The notes beneath the pieces are model-generated. The model was not told the origin of the DNA. It did no database searches and worked only from the letters and a program-made list of their open reading frames with translations. DNA of 64,000 nucleotides from Pedosphaera sp. Lineage in GTDB: Bacteria; Verrucomicrobiota; Verrucomicrobiia; Limisphaerales; SXQI01. How positions within the stretch are numbered: position 1 is the stretch's first letter; each line of letters starts with the position of its first letter. The translations under genes were made by a program, and so were the position numbers. Below, piece after piece: positions 39,063 to 49,578 of this stretch. The stretch spans positions 41,945 through 105,944 of the forward strand of contig JANYDC010000119.1 in the NCBI GenBank assembly GCA_025359965.1. The letters run 5' to 3'.

Positions 39063-40289
39063 CTAGTGTGAGACGGCCAAGTTTGACAATCCAGATCCAT
39101 TGTGGCGTTTCGGCATCGACACACGCAAAGCGAAGCAAGCCAGAGCAATGACCAAAGGGGCCAATATCCACAAAGCAGGCGAGTAGGAGCCCGAAATGGC
39201 ATGGCACCGGGCAAAAATGACCGGGCCAATTGCGGACGCAAAAACAGTCAGCATCTGGGCGGCCCCTTGAATACGACCCAAATGTTTTGCCCCGAAAGCC
39301 TGCCCCCAGATGGCGAAAAAAATAACCGTAATCATACCGCCGGACAATCCCATAAGAGCCGCAAAGATCCAAAGCTGGGTCTGGGAAATCAGCAAAGGCA
39401 GAACGGCGATGGCAAGCCCGTAGACAAAAAGCGCCATGCCCAAAATATGCTTCATCGATAGCTTCGAGCTAAGCCAACCGCACAGCACCTGGCCGATCAA
39501 AGCGATCAGAGTGGTTACGGCAAGGAAGGTGTGATAGGTCTTTTGATCGAAACCCCGCTCGGCCAGCACCGCCTCGTTGAATAGTCCCAAGCCAGAGGAC
39601 ACCAAGGCAAAAAGCGCTGCCGCTCCACCGAAGGTCCAAAAAGCCGGAGTTCGAACAGCGGGCCACAAACCAATACTGATGGGGTCTGGTTCCACTTTCA
39701 TGCCAACCGCGGCAGGACGGGGAAGGCGAAGGCCAAGAAGCACCAGCGGCGTCACGAAAAGAATCAGCACCCACCCCACATCCGTCCACGCCCGCCGCCA
39801 TCCGGAGGCACTGACAATGCCGCCTATTGTCACAAACGCCACCGCGAAAAGAACACTCAAAACCAATGCATAAACACCCATAGCGGCACCGCTCGTTCTG
39901 GGGAATGATTTACCAACAGCCGTAATGCTTGCGACCGATAGCGCGCTTTGCCCAAGAGCACGCGTGAGAAGGATAAGCAAAAAGAGCATTGACACCCCCC
40001 CCGTGACTGAACTCAAAGCGAACACCGTCGCCGCGAGGAAAATCAGAATGGCCGCTATGGGCGAGCGCAGGCCAAAGCGGTCAAAAAGGTGCCCCGCTGG
40101 GAGGCAAAGCAAGGCCCCGAGCAGGGTGGCCCAAAGATTAATGTTGGCATAAACCAGACGATCAAGCTTCAGATCAGCCAGCAGCGGTTCTGTGATCAAC
40201 CCCAGCCCCTGCGTGCGCCCCGGCAGAGTCGCCAGCATCACCACTGCGGCAATCACCACATTTAACCATGCCTGACGTTTCTGACTCAT
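39063..40289 (-). CDS. MFS transporter
   Basis: 408 aa, about 12 hydrophobic helices; GHLFDRFGLR motif A; FGAKHLGRIQG. Confidence 0.9.
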   Translation of the reverse strand: MSQKRQAWLNVVIAAVVMLATLPGRTQGLGLITEPLLADLKLDRLVYANINLWATLLGALLCLPAGHLFDRFGLRSPIAAILIFLAATVFALSSVTGGVSMLFLLILLTRALGQSALSVASITAVGKSFPRTSGAAMGVYALVLSVLFAVAFVTIGGIVSASGWRRAWTDVGWVLILFVTPLVLLGLRLPRPAAVGMKVEPDPISIGLWPAVRTPAFWTFGGAAALFALVSSGLGLFNEAVLAERGFDQKTYHTFLAVTTLIALIGQVLCGWLSSKLSMKHILGMALFVYGLAIAVLPLLISQTQLWIFAALMGLSGGMITVIFFAIWGQAFGAKHLGRIQGAAQMLTVFASAIGPVIFARCHAISGSYSPALWILAPLVIALACFALRVSMPKRHNGSGLSNLAVSH

Positions 40290-40360
40290 GGCCTTAGGAT
40301 ATCCAATGATTTAATCAATGTGAAAGCTGATTTGGGCTCGGCTGAAGGCTTTATCCGAAA

Positions 40361-40377
40361 CTGGCCTGCCGTTTGCT
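40361..40377 (+). promoter_or_regulatory. Putative sigma54 promoter upstream of ctpA-tsaD
   Basis: CTGGCCTGCCGTTTGCT (TGGC-N7-TTGC); adjacent to a sigma70-like TTGCCA-17-TAGTTT. Confidence 0.5.
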
Positions 40378-40417
40378 TGCCAAGCGGGTTGACGCGGATT
40401 AGTTTCATCTTACGTTT

Positions 40418-41749
40418 ATGAAGAAACGGCTTTTATACGGCGTGGTGGTTGTTGCGCTGGGGTTCAACCTCTGGATCGGCTCGAACATTTATTTCTCCTC
40501 AGCCCAGGCTGGCGAGAAGGACAATGTCTACGCCCACATCGAATTGTTCATGCGTGTGCTGGAAAGGGTGCGCCAGGAATATGTCGACGGCGGGAAGCTG
40601 ACTTATCAGGACCTCATCTATGCCTCCCTCAAAGGGATGATCAGCACTCTCGACCCACACAGCGAGTTTATGGAACCGGTGAAGTACGTTGATCTCAAAA
40701 GCGACACCGAAGGGGCTTTCGGCGGAGTGGGCATCGTGGTGGGAGTTCGCGATAGTGGGTTGACGGTTGTATCCCCAATCGAGGACACCCCCGCGTTTCG
40801 TGCAGGCATCCTGGCTGGTGATCGGATCGTCAAAATTGATGGGGCAAACAGTGAGCGCATCTCCATGACCGACGCCATCTCCAAATTGCGGGGCAAGCCG
40901 GGCACAGATGTCACCGTCACGGTGGCACGCTCTTCCTGGACCGAGCCTAAAGACATCAAGCTTACCCGGGCGGAAATCAAGGTGGAGACCGTCAAAGACG
41001 TCAACAACCGCCGTGAATTCACAGTCACGGATGCCAAAATTGGATACGTCCGCATCACTCAATTTGGTGAACACACAGCCGAGGAATTGACCGATGCGTT
41101 GAAGAAACTTTCCAAGCAAGGAATGCAGGGACTGGTTATGGATTTGCGAAACAATCCCGGCGGGTTATTGGATCAAGCCGTCAAAGTCTGTGAAATGTTT
41201 CTCCCTCGCAACCAATTAATCGTTTCTACCGAAGGCCGCTCCGGCCGGATGAAAGCCGAGACCTACCGCGCCTCGGGCCGCAACCAATATCCCAAACTCG
41301 ACATCGTTGTTCTGGTCAATGGAGGGAGTGCCTCTGCCTCAGAAATCGTCTCGGGCTGCCTGCAAGACCTCGGCCGCGCTTACATAATGGGGGAACAGAC
41401 TTTCGGCAAGGGCTCGGTTCAAAGCATCATCCCGCTGCAGGATGGATCCGCGTTGCGACTGACCACTGCCAAATATTACACGCCGAGCCACAAGGTCATT
41501 CACGAGAAGGGTATCACCCCTGACAGCATCGTCCCGATGACTCAGGATGATGAAGAAGGTTTGTTCCTGCGGCGAGTGCCCGGAGGAGTCGATAGCTTGG
41601 ACGCAGCGCAGCAGGTCAAAGCGCGCGGTGCTCGCGATTTTCAACTGGAACGTGCCGGCGACTTCCTTAAAGGGATGATTCTCTATCGTGATCGCATGGC
41701 CAAGCTGGGGACCAAGCCGGAAGGTCGGGTTGCCGCTCATAAGGAGTGA
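40418..41749 (+). CDS. ctpA: Carboxy-terminal processing protease (S41A)
   Basis: LDPHS, FGGVG PDZ domain, DLRNNPGGLL, SASASEIV, TFGKGSVQ. Confidence 0.93.
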   Translation: MKKRLLYGVVVVALGFNLWIGSNIYFSSAQAGEKDNVYAHIELFMRVLERVRQEYVDGGKLTYQDLIYASLKGMISTLDPHSEFMEPVKYVDLKSDTEGAFGGVGIVVGVRDSGLTVVSPIEDTPAFRAGILAGDRIVKIDGANSERISMTDAISKLRGKPGTDVTVTVARSSWTEPKDIKLTRAEIKVETVKDVNNRREFTVTDAKIGYVRITQFGEHTAEELTDALKKLSKQGMQGLVMDLRNNPGGLLDQAVKVCEMFLPRNQLIVSTEGRSGRMKAETYRASGRNQYPKLDIVVLVNGGSASASEIVSGCLQDLGRAYIMGEQTFGKGSVQSIIPLQDGSALRLTTAKYYTPSHKVIHEKGITPDSIVPMTQDDEEGLFLRRVPGGVDSLDAAQQVKARGARDFQLERAGDFLKGMILYRDRMAKLGTKPEGRVAAHKE

Positions 41750-42804
41750 TTTCACCGGACAACACTTCAACGACCACAACCAGAGTTGTCGTCGGGATTG
41801 AGACATCGTGCGATGAAACCAGCGTGGCTGTGCTGCTCGACGGCACCCTTGCAAGCAATGTGGTGGCCTCGCAGATTAAGCTCCACGAGGAATACGGCGG
41901 AGTTGTCCCCGAGCTGGCCACACGCGAGCATCTGCGAAATCTAAGCACCGTCTTCCTACAAGCCCTGAAGGAAGCCAAAGTGCAAAGCTCAGATATTGGT
42001 GCGATAGCCGCAACTCAAGGTCCAGGCCTGCCCAACGCCCTTCAAATTGGTTTTCAGGCCGCGCAAGGATTATCGCTTGGCCTGGGCATTCCATTGTTCG
42101 GCATCCATCATCATGAAGCGCATTTGTATTCGCCGTGGATTGATGAAAATTCCGGCCAAGCCGAATACAAAGCTTTTGAACCTCATCTTTCCCTGATCGT
42201 CAGTGGAGGACACACCATGCTGGCCCATGTAACGGGAGAATTTGAACACAAGGTAATCGGCGCGACCGTGGATGATGCGGCGGGCGAATGCTTCGATAAA
42301 ACGGCAAAGTTACTGGGACTACCCTACCCGGGCGGACCGCACCTTGAACGCCTCGCACTGGGCGGAAACCCAAAGGCACACGCGTTTCCGCGGCCGATGC
42401 TCAAAGACGCCAACGATGACTTCAGTTTCAGCGGACTAAAGACTGCCGTGCGATACCATCTGCGTGATCACCCGGAAACAATGGCGGATCCTTCGCTGAT
42501 CAGTGATGTCTGCGCTGGAATTCAATGCGCTATTGTTGAGGTTCTGGTAAACAAGGCCGTCCGCGCGGCGAGGCGGTTGGGCGTAAGGTGCATCACCGCT
42601 TCAGGCGGCGTGACCTGTAACAACCATTTTCGTGAATCGCTACAACTAGCATGCAAGGTTGCGGGTCTGCGTTGCCGCGTGGCCAGCAGACGCCTTTGCA
42701 CTGACAATGCCGCGATGGTGGCCATGGTGGCTCATCGCAAAATCTCCCTCGGCTTCACGCCAACGCCCTTAGCCGAGGAGTGCAAGCCCCAATGGCAGCT
42801 CTAA
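41746..42804 (+). CDS. tsaD: tRNA N6-adenosine threonylcarbamoyltransferase subunit
   Basis: GIETSCDETS, GGVVPELA, HHHEAH, VSGGHT, DDAAGECFDK, FSFSGLKT, CTDNAAM. Confidence 0.96.
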   Translation: MISPDNTSTTTTRVVVGIETSCDETSVAVLLDGTLASNVVASQIKLHEEYGGVVPELATREHLRNLSTVFLQALKEAKVQSSDIGAIAATQGPGLPNALQIGFQAAQGLSLGLGIPLFGIHHHEAHLYSPWIDENSGQAEYKAFEPHLSLIVSGGHTMLAHVTGEFEHKVIGATVDDAAGECFDKTAKLLGLPYPGGPHLERLALGGNPKAHAFPRPMLKDANDDFSFSGLKTAVRYHLRDHPETMADPSLISDVCAGIQCAIVEVLVNKAVRAARRLGVRCITASGGVTCNNHFRESLQLACKVAGLRCRVASRRLCTDNAAMVAMVAHRKISLGFTPTPLAEECKPQWQL

Positions 42805-45734
42805 CCCTGCTTAGTAGACAGCGGCCGGCGTCGCAGTAAATCCTTTAAATAACGACCGGTCCAACTTGCCTCAACCTCGGCCACCTGCTCTGGAGTGCCT
42901 TCGGCGACGACTTGTCCCCCGCCATCGCCACCCTCGGGCCCCAGGTCGATGATATGATCAGCCACTTTGATCACATCAAGGTTGTGTTCGATAATCAAGA
43001 GCGTGTTTCCCGAAGCGCGAAGCTTGAAGAGCACTTCAATTAATTTTGCCACATCGTGAAAATGCAATCCGGTGGTTGGCTCATCCAGAATATAAAGCGT
43101 CCGGCCCGCACTCTTTTTTGCAAGCTCACCGCCCAGCTTCACCCTCTGGGCTTCACCGCCGGACAGCGTGGTGCCTGATTGACCAAGCTGTAAGTAGCCC
43201 AAACCCACTTCAGCGAGCGTCAGACAAAGATCGTGTATGGGCGGAATGGCGCGAAAGAACCCAACTGCCTCGTCAACAGTCATGGCAAGGACGTCGGCAA
43301 TGTTCAGCCCCTTGTAGGCTATCTCCAAGGTTTCGCGGTTATACCGCTTGCCATTGCACGCTTCACATGTGACGTAAACGGGGGGCAAAAAATGCATTTC
43401 AATGGTGATGAGTCCGTCGCCCTGGCATTTTTCGCAGCGTCCGCCCTTTACGTTGAAACTAAATCGGCCGGCACCGTAACCGCGCACCTTGGCGGCAGGC
43501 AGCTTTGCGAACAGATCCCGGATATGATTAAACATGCCGGTGTAGGTGGCAGGGTTGCTGCGCGGCGTCCGGCCAATCGCTGTCTGGTCGATGACGACGG
43601 CCTTCTCAATGAACTCAATGCCATTGATCTCCTTGCACGCGCCAGGGCGTTCCTTGGAGCCGTACCAATCACGAAAGATTTTCCTGCGCAGTACGTCGTC
43701 CACCAAAGTGCTTTTGCCGGAGCCGCTGACTCCAGTCACACAAGTCATGAGCCCAATTGGAATTCTCGCACTGACGTTGCGAAGGTTGTTTTCGGTAGCA
43801 CCGACAATTTCAATGCAACCACGTTCGGGTTTGGTTTTGCGGCGGAGCTTTGGAACGAGCACGGACAACTCGCCGGTTAGATATTTCGCCGTGAGGGATT
43901 TAGGGTTGGCAAGGATTTCCTCCAATGTGCCGCTGGCAACTACCTCACCGCCATGTACTCCGGCGCCTGGCCCCATATCCACAATGTGGTCGGCTCGGCG
44001 AATGGTGTCCTCGTCATGCTCCACGACCAGCACCGAATTGCCCTGATCGCGTAATCTTTCCAACGTTTTCAAAAGACGTTCGTTATCGCGCTGGTGCAAG
44101 CCAATGCTGGGCTCATCAAGAATGTAAAGCACACCCACCAACCCTGCGCCAATCTGCGTGGCAAGACGGATGCGCTGTGCTTCGCCACCGCTGAGTGTGC
44201 CGCTCTCGCGGTTCAAGGTCAGGTAGCCCAAACCGACATTTTTCAGAAAACCAAGCCGAGATTTGACCTCGCGAAGAAGATCGTGGGCGATTTTGGCCTG
44301 AAACACGCTAAATTGCAGCGACTCAAAGAATTCAAGTGCGGCGCTCACGCTCAATCCGCAAACATCCATGATCGAATACCCACTCAGTCCAATGTCCCTC
44401 GCCCATGCAGCCAGCGCGGGCCGATCTCCAATGGTTACGGCCAGAATTTCACGGCGCAACCGCGCTCCGTGGCAGGCATCGCAATCCTGCGGGCTCATAA
44501 AAGCCTTGAGACGGTTGCGGGTGAATTCACTTTCGCTATCGACATGCAGCCGCTCCAGATTGGGAATAACCCCTTCGAAAGGCCGCGTTGTTTTGGTGGG
44601 CTTGCCACCGCGCATGAAATAGAAATCCACCTCATCTGTGCCTGAGCCATGCATCAGCGATTTCTTGAAGACTTCAGGAAGCTCAGCATAGGTGGTTTCC
44701 ATGTTGATCTCATAGTGCTTGGCCACTCCGCGCAGAAGCGCTTTGTAGTAGACAATCATCCGCTTGCCTCCACGACGCCAGGGCAGAACCGCGCCACTCT
44801 CCAGACTTTTGGCGGGGTCGGGCACAATCAAAGCCGGATCAAAAATCAATTTCTGTCCAAGCCCATGACAGACCGGGCATGCACCGAAAGGCGAGTTGAA
44901 GGAGAAATGCTTGGGAGTTAGCGGCTCAAAGCTTTGGCCGGTGGCCGGGCTGTACATGCGGTTTGAATGGACCGATTCCGTCCACTTGTCCCCGCCCGCT
45001 TGCTCTGCAGTCTGATGCAGGGAAATAAGCCGACCATTCCCCCATCTCAGGGCGGTCTCAACGGAATCGCTCAATCGCACGCGTATTTTGTCATCCACGA
45101 CCAACCGATCCACCACTGCCTCGATTTGATGTGCCTCCTTGGGATCAAGTTTTAACCGGGTATTTGAGGCCAACTCATGCAGAACCCCATCGACACGCAC
45201 ACGCACAAATCCCTCACGGCCCAAGCGCTCGATCACGTCACGAAACTCGCCTTTTTCCCCTCGAACAACCGGAGCTAGTACCACAAGGCGGGTTTTGGGA
45301 GGCAAAGCCAGCAAAGTATCGACGATATCGCTAGAGGAATGCTGACGCATGGAATGACCTGAGACGTGGCAGTGTGGCTGTCCCACATTCGAGTACAGCA
45401 CGCGCAAATGGTCGAATATTTCGGTGGTGGTCGCGATGATCGAACGCGGACTTGCTCCAGCCCCCCGTTGCTCGATGGCGATGGCCGGGGAAAGGCCCTC
45501 GATGAAATCAATTTCAGGCTTTTTGAGCTGGTCTAGAAACTGCCTCGCGTAAGCTGAAAGCGATTCGACGTACTTGCGCTGGCCCTCGGCATAGATTGTG
45601 TCGAAAGCGAGCGAAGACTTACCCGAGCCGCTTAAGCCGGTGAACACCACCAGTTTATCCCTGGGGATGGTCAGATGAACATTTTTGAGGTTGTGCTCTT
45701 GCGCCCCTCCAATTCGGATCACGTCTTTCGCCAT
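42801..45734 (-). CDS. uvrA: Excinuclease ABC subunit A
   Basis: GLSGSGKSSLAFDTIYAEGQR, two LSGGEAQR signatures, GVSGSGKS, Zn fingers; start MAKDVI at 45734. Confidence 0.98.
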   Translation of the reverse strand: MAKDVIRIGGAQEHNLKNVHLTIPRDKLVVFTGLSGSGKSSLAFDTIYAEGQRKYVESLSAYARQFLDQLKKPEIDFIEGLSPAIAIEQRGAGASPRSIIATTTEIFDHLRVLYSNVGQPHCHVSGHSMRQHSSSDIVDTLLALPPKTRLVVLAPVVRGEKGEFRDVIERLGREGFVRVRVDGVLHELASNTRLKLDPKEAHQIEAVVDRLVVDDKIRVRLSDSVETALRWGNGRLISLHQTAEQAGGDKWTESVHSNRMYSPATGQSFEPLTPKHFSFNSPFGACPVCHGLGQKLIFDPALIVPDPAKSLESGAVLPWRRGGKRMIVYYKALLRGVAKHYEINMETTYAELPEVFKKSLMHGSGTDEVDFYFMRGGKPTKTTRPFEGVIPNLERLHVDSESEFTRNRLKAFMSPQDCDACHGARLRREILAVTIGDRPALAAWARDIGLSGYSIMDVCGLSVSAALEFFESLQFSVFQAKIAHDLLREVKSRLGFLKNVGLGYLTLNRESGTLSGGEAQRIRLATQIGAGLVGVLYILDEPSIGLHQRDNERLLKTLERLRDQGNSVLVVEHDEDTIRRADHIVDMGPGAGVHGGEVVASGTLEEILANPKSLTAKYLTGELSVLVPKLRRKTKPERGCIEIVGATENNLRNVSARIPIGLMTCVTGVSGSGKSTLVDDVLRRKIFRDWYGSKERPGACKEINGIEFIEKAVVIDQTAIGRTPRSNPATYTGMFNHIRDLFAKLPAAKVRGYGAGRFSFNVKGGRCEKCQGDGLITIEMHFLPPVYVTCEACNGKRYNRETLEIAYKGLNIADVLAMTVDEAVGFFRAIPPIHDLCLTLAEVGLGYLQLGQSGTTLSGGEAQRVKLGGELAKKSAGRTLYILDEPTTGLHFHDVAKLIEVLFKLRASGNTLLIIEHNLDVIKVADHIIDLGPEGGDGGGQVVAEGTPEQVAEVEASWTGRYLKDLLRRRPLSTKQG

Positions 45735-45808
45735 GGTTGTCAAAGCTGCTTAGTCTATCATGCGGAAATAGACTTCGGTCAATTCTTCGCGCGTCGAAAA
45801 GGGTGTGA

Positions 45809-46909
45809 TTATTGCGCCTTCCTGAGGATTTCCTCCGCATTTTCTCGGTAAAGTTTTTTCAATACTTCATCCGGCAACCCGAATGCGTGCAAAGGCCAGT
45901 GGTAATTCCGAAAATACGGGGAATAAAAATGTTCGTCCTCGGTTTCGAGAATGCGGAAGGTCGTGCGATACATCTCCGGCTGCGGACTTAGGTCAGTTCC
46001 GTATACCAACCGGTTCTGGTAACGCAGAAAAAAACGCAAGACGGTTCGAGGTATGGGTGAAAGCTCGCTGAAACGTGCGCCAATGTCCGCGTGAAGATTC
46101 GGATATTTGTCGAGCATCTCCCCGAGTCGATTAAGGTCAGAACAGCAATTAGCCAAGTGGCAGGCAATAAATTGAGTGCGAGGGTGCTTTTTGACGGCGT
46201 TTTCCAGCGTATCCACAACCTCATCGTGTTGAAGCACTTCAGGAACATTCGCCACGCGCCAAGTGTAAGCGTTCATCAAGCCATCGTTGGTCTGGTCCAT
46301 GGGTTCGTACATCCATTTGTCTTCGGCCACATGGATGTTCACCGGCATGCCCAGATCGGCGCATTTCTCAAGGATCGGGTCCATTCGTGGATCATCGATA
46401 TGCATCCCCGGCATATTAGTCGTGCCCCCCAAACCACGTCCTTTGTCGCTGAGTTCGCCGACACCGGTGGCACCCGCCTTATGGCAGCGCTCCAGTTCCG
46501 CCATCGCTGCGGGACCGTAGCCAGGTTGATCCATTCCGCCATAATCGATGCCGCACCAAACCGCGAACCGTTTCGGGTATCGGCCATATTTCGCCAGTAC
46601 TGTGTCGAATTTCCGTCCGGTATTCCCGGAAAGGATTATTGATTTTTCAAGGCCTACTTCATCCATTGTTCGCACCCAGCGATCCACATCGGAGTCGTTA
46701 GGAGCGTAGTCATGCTGGTGCATGTCGATCACGGTAAAACGCGCCGTCTCGACTCGGGTTTCGGGGATCTTGTAAATGGAACGCGGGCGAAAATCCTTAA
46801 GCAGGATCTGGTCTGGCGGAGTCTGAGCCAAGGCCACCCATGAAACGCCCAACGCGGCAAGGACACACAACCAATTTCGACCGCAAATCGTCTGGGGAAA
46901 ACGAGGCAT
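45809..46909 (-). CDS. Secreted amidohydrolase-family (amidohydro_2) protein
   Basis: Signal peptide; IDMHQH, IHVAE, IACH, YGTD; start uncertain (46909 or 46921). Confidence 0.85.
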   Translation of the reverse strand: MPRFPQTICGRNWLCVLAALGVSWVALAQTPPDQILLKDFRPRSIYKIPETRVETARFTVIDMHQHDYAPNDSDVDRWVRTMDEVGLEKSIILSGNTGRKFDTVLAKYGRYPKRFAVWCGIDYGGMDQPGYGPAAMAELERCHKAGATGVGELSDKGRGLGGTTNMPGMHIDDPRMDPILEKCADLGMPVNIHVAEDKWMYEPMDQTNDGLMNAYTWRVANVPEVLQHDEVVDTLENAVKKHPRTQFIACHLANCCSDLNRLGEMLDKYPNLHADIGARFSELSPIPRTVLRFFLRYQNRLVYGTDLSPQPEMYRTTFRILETEDEHFYSPYFRNYHWPLHAFGLPDEVLKKLYRENAEEILRKAQ

Positions 46910-48290
46910 GGACGGCAACATAGGCGAGCGGGCCGAACATCGTCAACACGCCATCCGCCTGAGAATTCCTGTTGCATCAGTCATTCCTTCGGGCTATGTG
47001 GACTGCATTCTGATTGTTAAACATCATCTAAGGTTGGCGCAGTGGTTCCATGGTCTGACATGGGCCGTGATAATACTGTTTGCGCCGCAGGTGTTCGGGC
47101 TGGAGAAAATCATCAGGGAAAAAATTGAGACGTCCTACTCAGTGGAAAACGGACAGTTCTCAAACACAGTCTCCTATTTGCTCGGTGCTCCGTTGGTAGG
47201 TGGCAATAAAATCGAAACCCTCATCAATGGAGATCAGATATTCCCATCGATGCTCAAGGCGATCAGCCAGGCCCGGCGAAGTATCACCTTCGAGAGCTTT
47301 CTGTGGCATTCAGGGAAAATCAGCGATCAATTTATCGAAGCTCTCAGTGAAAGATCCCGCGCGGGCGTGCAGGTCCATTGTCTCGTCGATGGAATGGGCC
47401 GATTGGAATTCAACAGCAAAGACCGCAAGCGCCTGCGCAAGGCCGGCGTCCATCTGGTGACTCACAATCCAGTCAGGTGGTTTAGGCCTTGGCGATGGAA
47501 TGAGCGGACCCACAGGAAAATAATGGTTATTGACGGAACGATCGGCTTCACAGGCGGGGTCTGCATCTCTGACGATTGGATGGGGAACGCCGAGGACAAG
47601 GAACACTGGCGTGACACTCACTTCAGAATAGAAGGTCCCGTGGTGGCGCAAATCCAGGGGGTATTCATGGATAACTGGATTCGGTCGAGGTCGGCGGTGC
47701 TGCACGGTGAAGCTTATTTTCCTTTTATTGCATCCCAAGGCGGTCTGGCTGCCCAATGCTTTAAATCAGGCAGTGACGACAGCGCCGAGAACGCGCGACT
47801 TCTTTACCTTTACAGTATCGCGGCGGCAAAGAAAACAATCCGACTTTCCCACAGCTATTTCATTCCCGATGACCTGGCCGTCAGCATGCTGGTGGATGCG
47901 CGGCTCAGAGGAGTTAAAATTGAGATCATTGTTCCGGGGGTCATCGACCATAACATTGTGCGCATGGCGGCGCGCACCCGCTGGTACAAGCTTTTGGAGT
48001 GCGGCGTTGAAATTTACGAGTACGAGCCATCCAAATATCACTGCAAGGTGATGATCGTTGATGATCTGTGGACGACTTTTGGTTCCATAAACTTTGATGA
48101 TCGCTCCTTCCGTATCAATGACGAATCCAACGTAAACGTTTACGATTCCGGGTTTGCCGCCGAGCAGGTGAGAATCTTCGAGGCAGACAAGGCGAAATCC
48201 CATCTAATCAGCCTTGAGGAACACAAGGCACGTCCGTGGCACACCCGATTGGCGGAGGCTTTGTGCGCCCTGCTCCGCAACCAGCTTTGA
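46908..48290 (+). CDS. cls: Cardiolipin synthase-like phospholipase D
   Basis: Two HKD motifs, RTHRKIMVIDG and YHCKVMIVDD..GSINFD; true start probably downstream (about 46998). Confidence 0.88.
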   Translation: MDGNIGERAEHRQHAIRLRIPVASVIPSGYVDCILIVKHHLRLAQWFHGLTWAVIILFAPQVFGLEKIIREKIETSYSVENGQFSNTVSYLLGAPLVGGNKIETLINGDQIFPSMLKAISQARRSITFESFLWHSGKISDQFIEALSERSRAGVQVHCLVDGMGRLEFNSKDRKRLRKAGVHLVTHNPVRWFRPWRWNERTHRKIMVIDGTIGFTGGVCISDDWMGNAEDKEHWRDTHFRIEGPVVAQIQGVFMDNWIRSRSAVLHGEAYFPFIASQGGLAAQCFKSGSDDSAENARLLYLYSIAAAKKTIRLSHSYFIPDDLAVSMLVDARLRGVKIEIIVPGVIDHNIVRMAARTRWYKLLECGVEIYEYEPSKYHCKVMIVDDLWTTFGSINFDDRSFRINDESNVNVYDSGFAAEQVRIFEADKAKSHLISLEEHKARPWHTRLAEALCALLRNQL

Positions 48291-48343
48291 GCAGAGGCTT
48301 TGCCACTCGACGGTTCAGCCCAATCTGGTAAACTTAAGAAGTT

Positions 48344-49564
48344 ATGTCGAACGAAGAGTTAACGCAAAACCCTCCGCGCAAAATTAATCTGCGCCGCCCT
48401 GATGTCATGGAGGCTGTTCAAGCCCAAGTCCTGTCGCACTATCGCAGCGAACTGGTTGACCGCATCCGGGCGAAAGGTCATGTCCTTTCCGCGGATGGGT
48501 TGCTAACGGTTAAGCTGGCCAAGGAATTCGGCTTTTGCTACGGCGTCGAACGGGCCATCGATCTGGCCTACGCGGCACGCAAAGTTTTCCCCAACCAGCC
48601 CATTTACATCCTCGGTGAGATCATCCACAACCCCGAGGTCAACGACCAGATCAGGGCCATGGGGATCAAATCCCTCTCAGGCAAGGAAAAGAATGCCGAC
48701 ATCAATGACTTGAAAAAGGATGACGTGGTGATCATCCCCGCTTTCGGAACAGAAGTATCGACGCGGGCCATGCTTCAGGAGAAAGGCTGTATATTCGTTG
48801 ATACAACCTGCGGCGACGTGATGTCCGTTTGGAAACGCGTGCGCCAGTATTCCCGCGACACCGTTACCAGCATCATTCACGGCAAGGCTTGGCATGAAGA
48901 AACAAAAGCCACCAGCTCGCAAACCGGCGCAGGCCATTATTTGGTGGTATTCACCCTGGCCGAGACGGATTACGTCTGCAACTACATCGTCAGCGGGGGA
49001 AACAAAACGGATTTCCTTGAAAAATTTAAAGGCGCGTACTCGAATGGTTTTGATCCTGATCTTCACCTGGCCGCCATCGGTGTGGCCAACCAGACCACCA
49101 TGCTTCGCGGGGAGACTGAAGAGGTTCAGCGCCGCCTCAAGAAGGCCATGCTGACCAAGTTTGGCGAAGCAGCCGTGGATCAGCATTTTCGTTTTTTTGA
49201 CACAATCTGCGGAGCAACTCAGGACAGACAGGATGCGTTGGAAAAGCTCCTGGCCGAACCGCTTGATTTGCTGCTTGTCATCGGAGGATACAACTCTTCC
49301 AACACCTCGCACCTCGCTGAAATGGGTGAAGCAAAGCTCCCCACATTCTTCATTAAAAACGCCACCAAAATGGTTTCTGAATCAGAAATCGTCCACTATG
49401 ACCTGCATCGTCAGGAAGAGGTCACTGCCATGAACTGGCTTCCAGGAGGCAAAATCACTGTGGGAATCACCGCAGGAGCCTCCTGCCCGAACAACTTGAT
49501 TGAGGACACAATCCGCCGCCTTTTCCAACTGCGGGGCGTGGCTGTGCAGGAACTCCTCACCTAA
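48344..49564 (+). CDS. ispH: 4-hydroxy-3-methylbut-2-enyl diphosphate reductase
   Basis: FGFCYGVERA, IIHNP, DTTC, HEET, NQTT, DTICGATQDRQ, SSNT, TAGASCP. Confidence 0.95.
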   Translation: MSNEELTQNPPRKINLRRPDVMEAVQAQVLSHYRSELVDRIRAKGHVLSADGLLTVKLAKEFGFCYGVERAIDLAYAARKVFPNQPIYILGEIIHNPEVNDQIRAMGIKSLSGKEKNADINDLKKDDVVIIPAFGTEVSTRAMLQEKGCIFVDTTCGDVMSVWKRVRQYSRDTVTSIIHGKAWHEETKATSSQTGAGHYLVVFTLAETDYVCNYIVSGGNKTDFLEKFKGAYSNGFDPDLHLAAIGVANQTTMLRGETEEVQRRLKKAMLTKFGEAAVDQHFRFFDTICGATQDRQDALEKLLAEPLDLLLVIGGYNSSNTSHLAEMGEAKLPTFFIKNATKMVSESEIVHYDLHRQEEVTAMNWLPGGKITVGITAGASCPNNLIEDTIRRLFQLRGVAVQELLT

Positions 49565-49578
49565 AGGGAGGTTCACTG

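Noticed and set aside
42801-42804. Tail-to-tail stop-codon overlap of tsaD and uvrA (similar abutments at 35317/35318, 50714-50730 and 58069-58080)
   Set aside because: Common in compact genomes; no evidence of special function.
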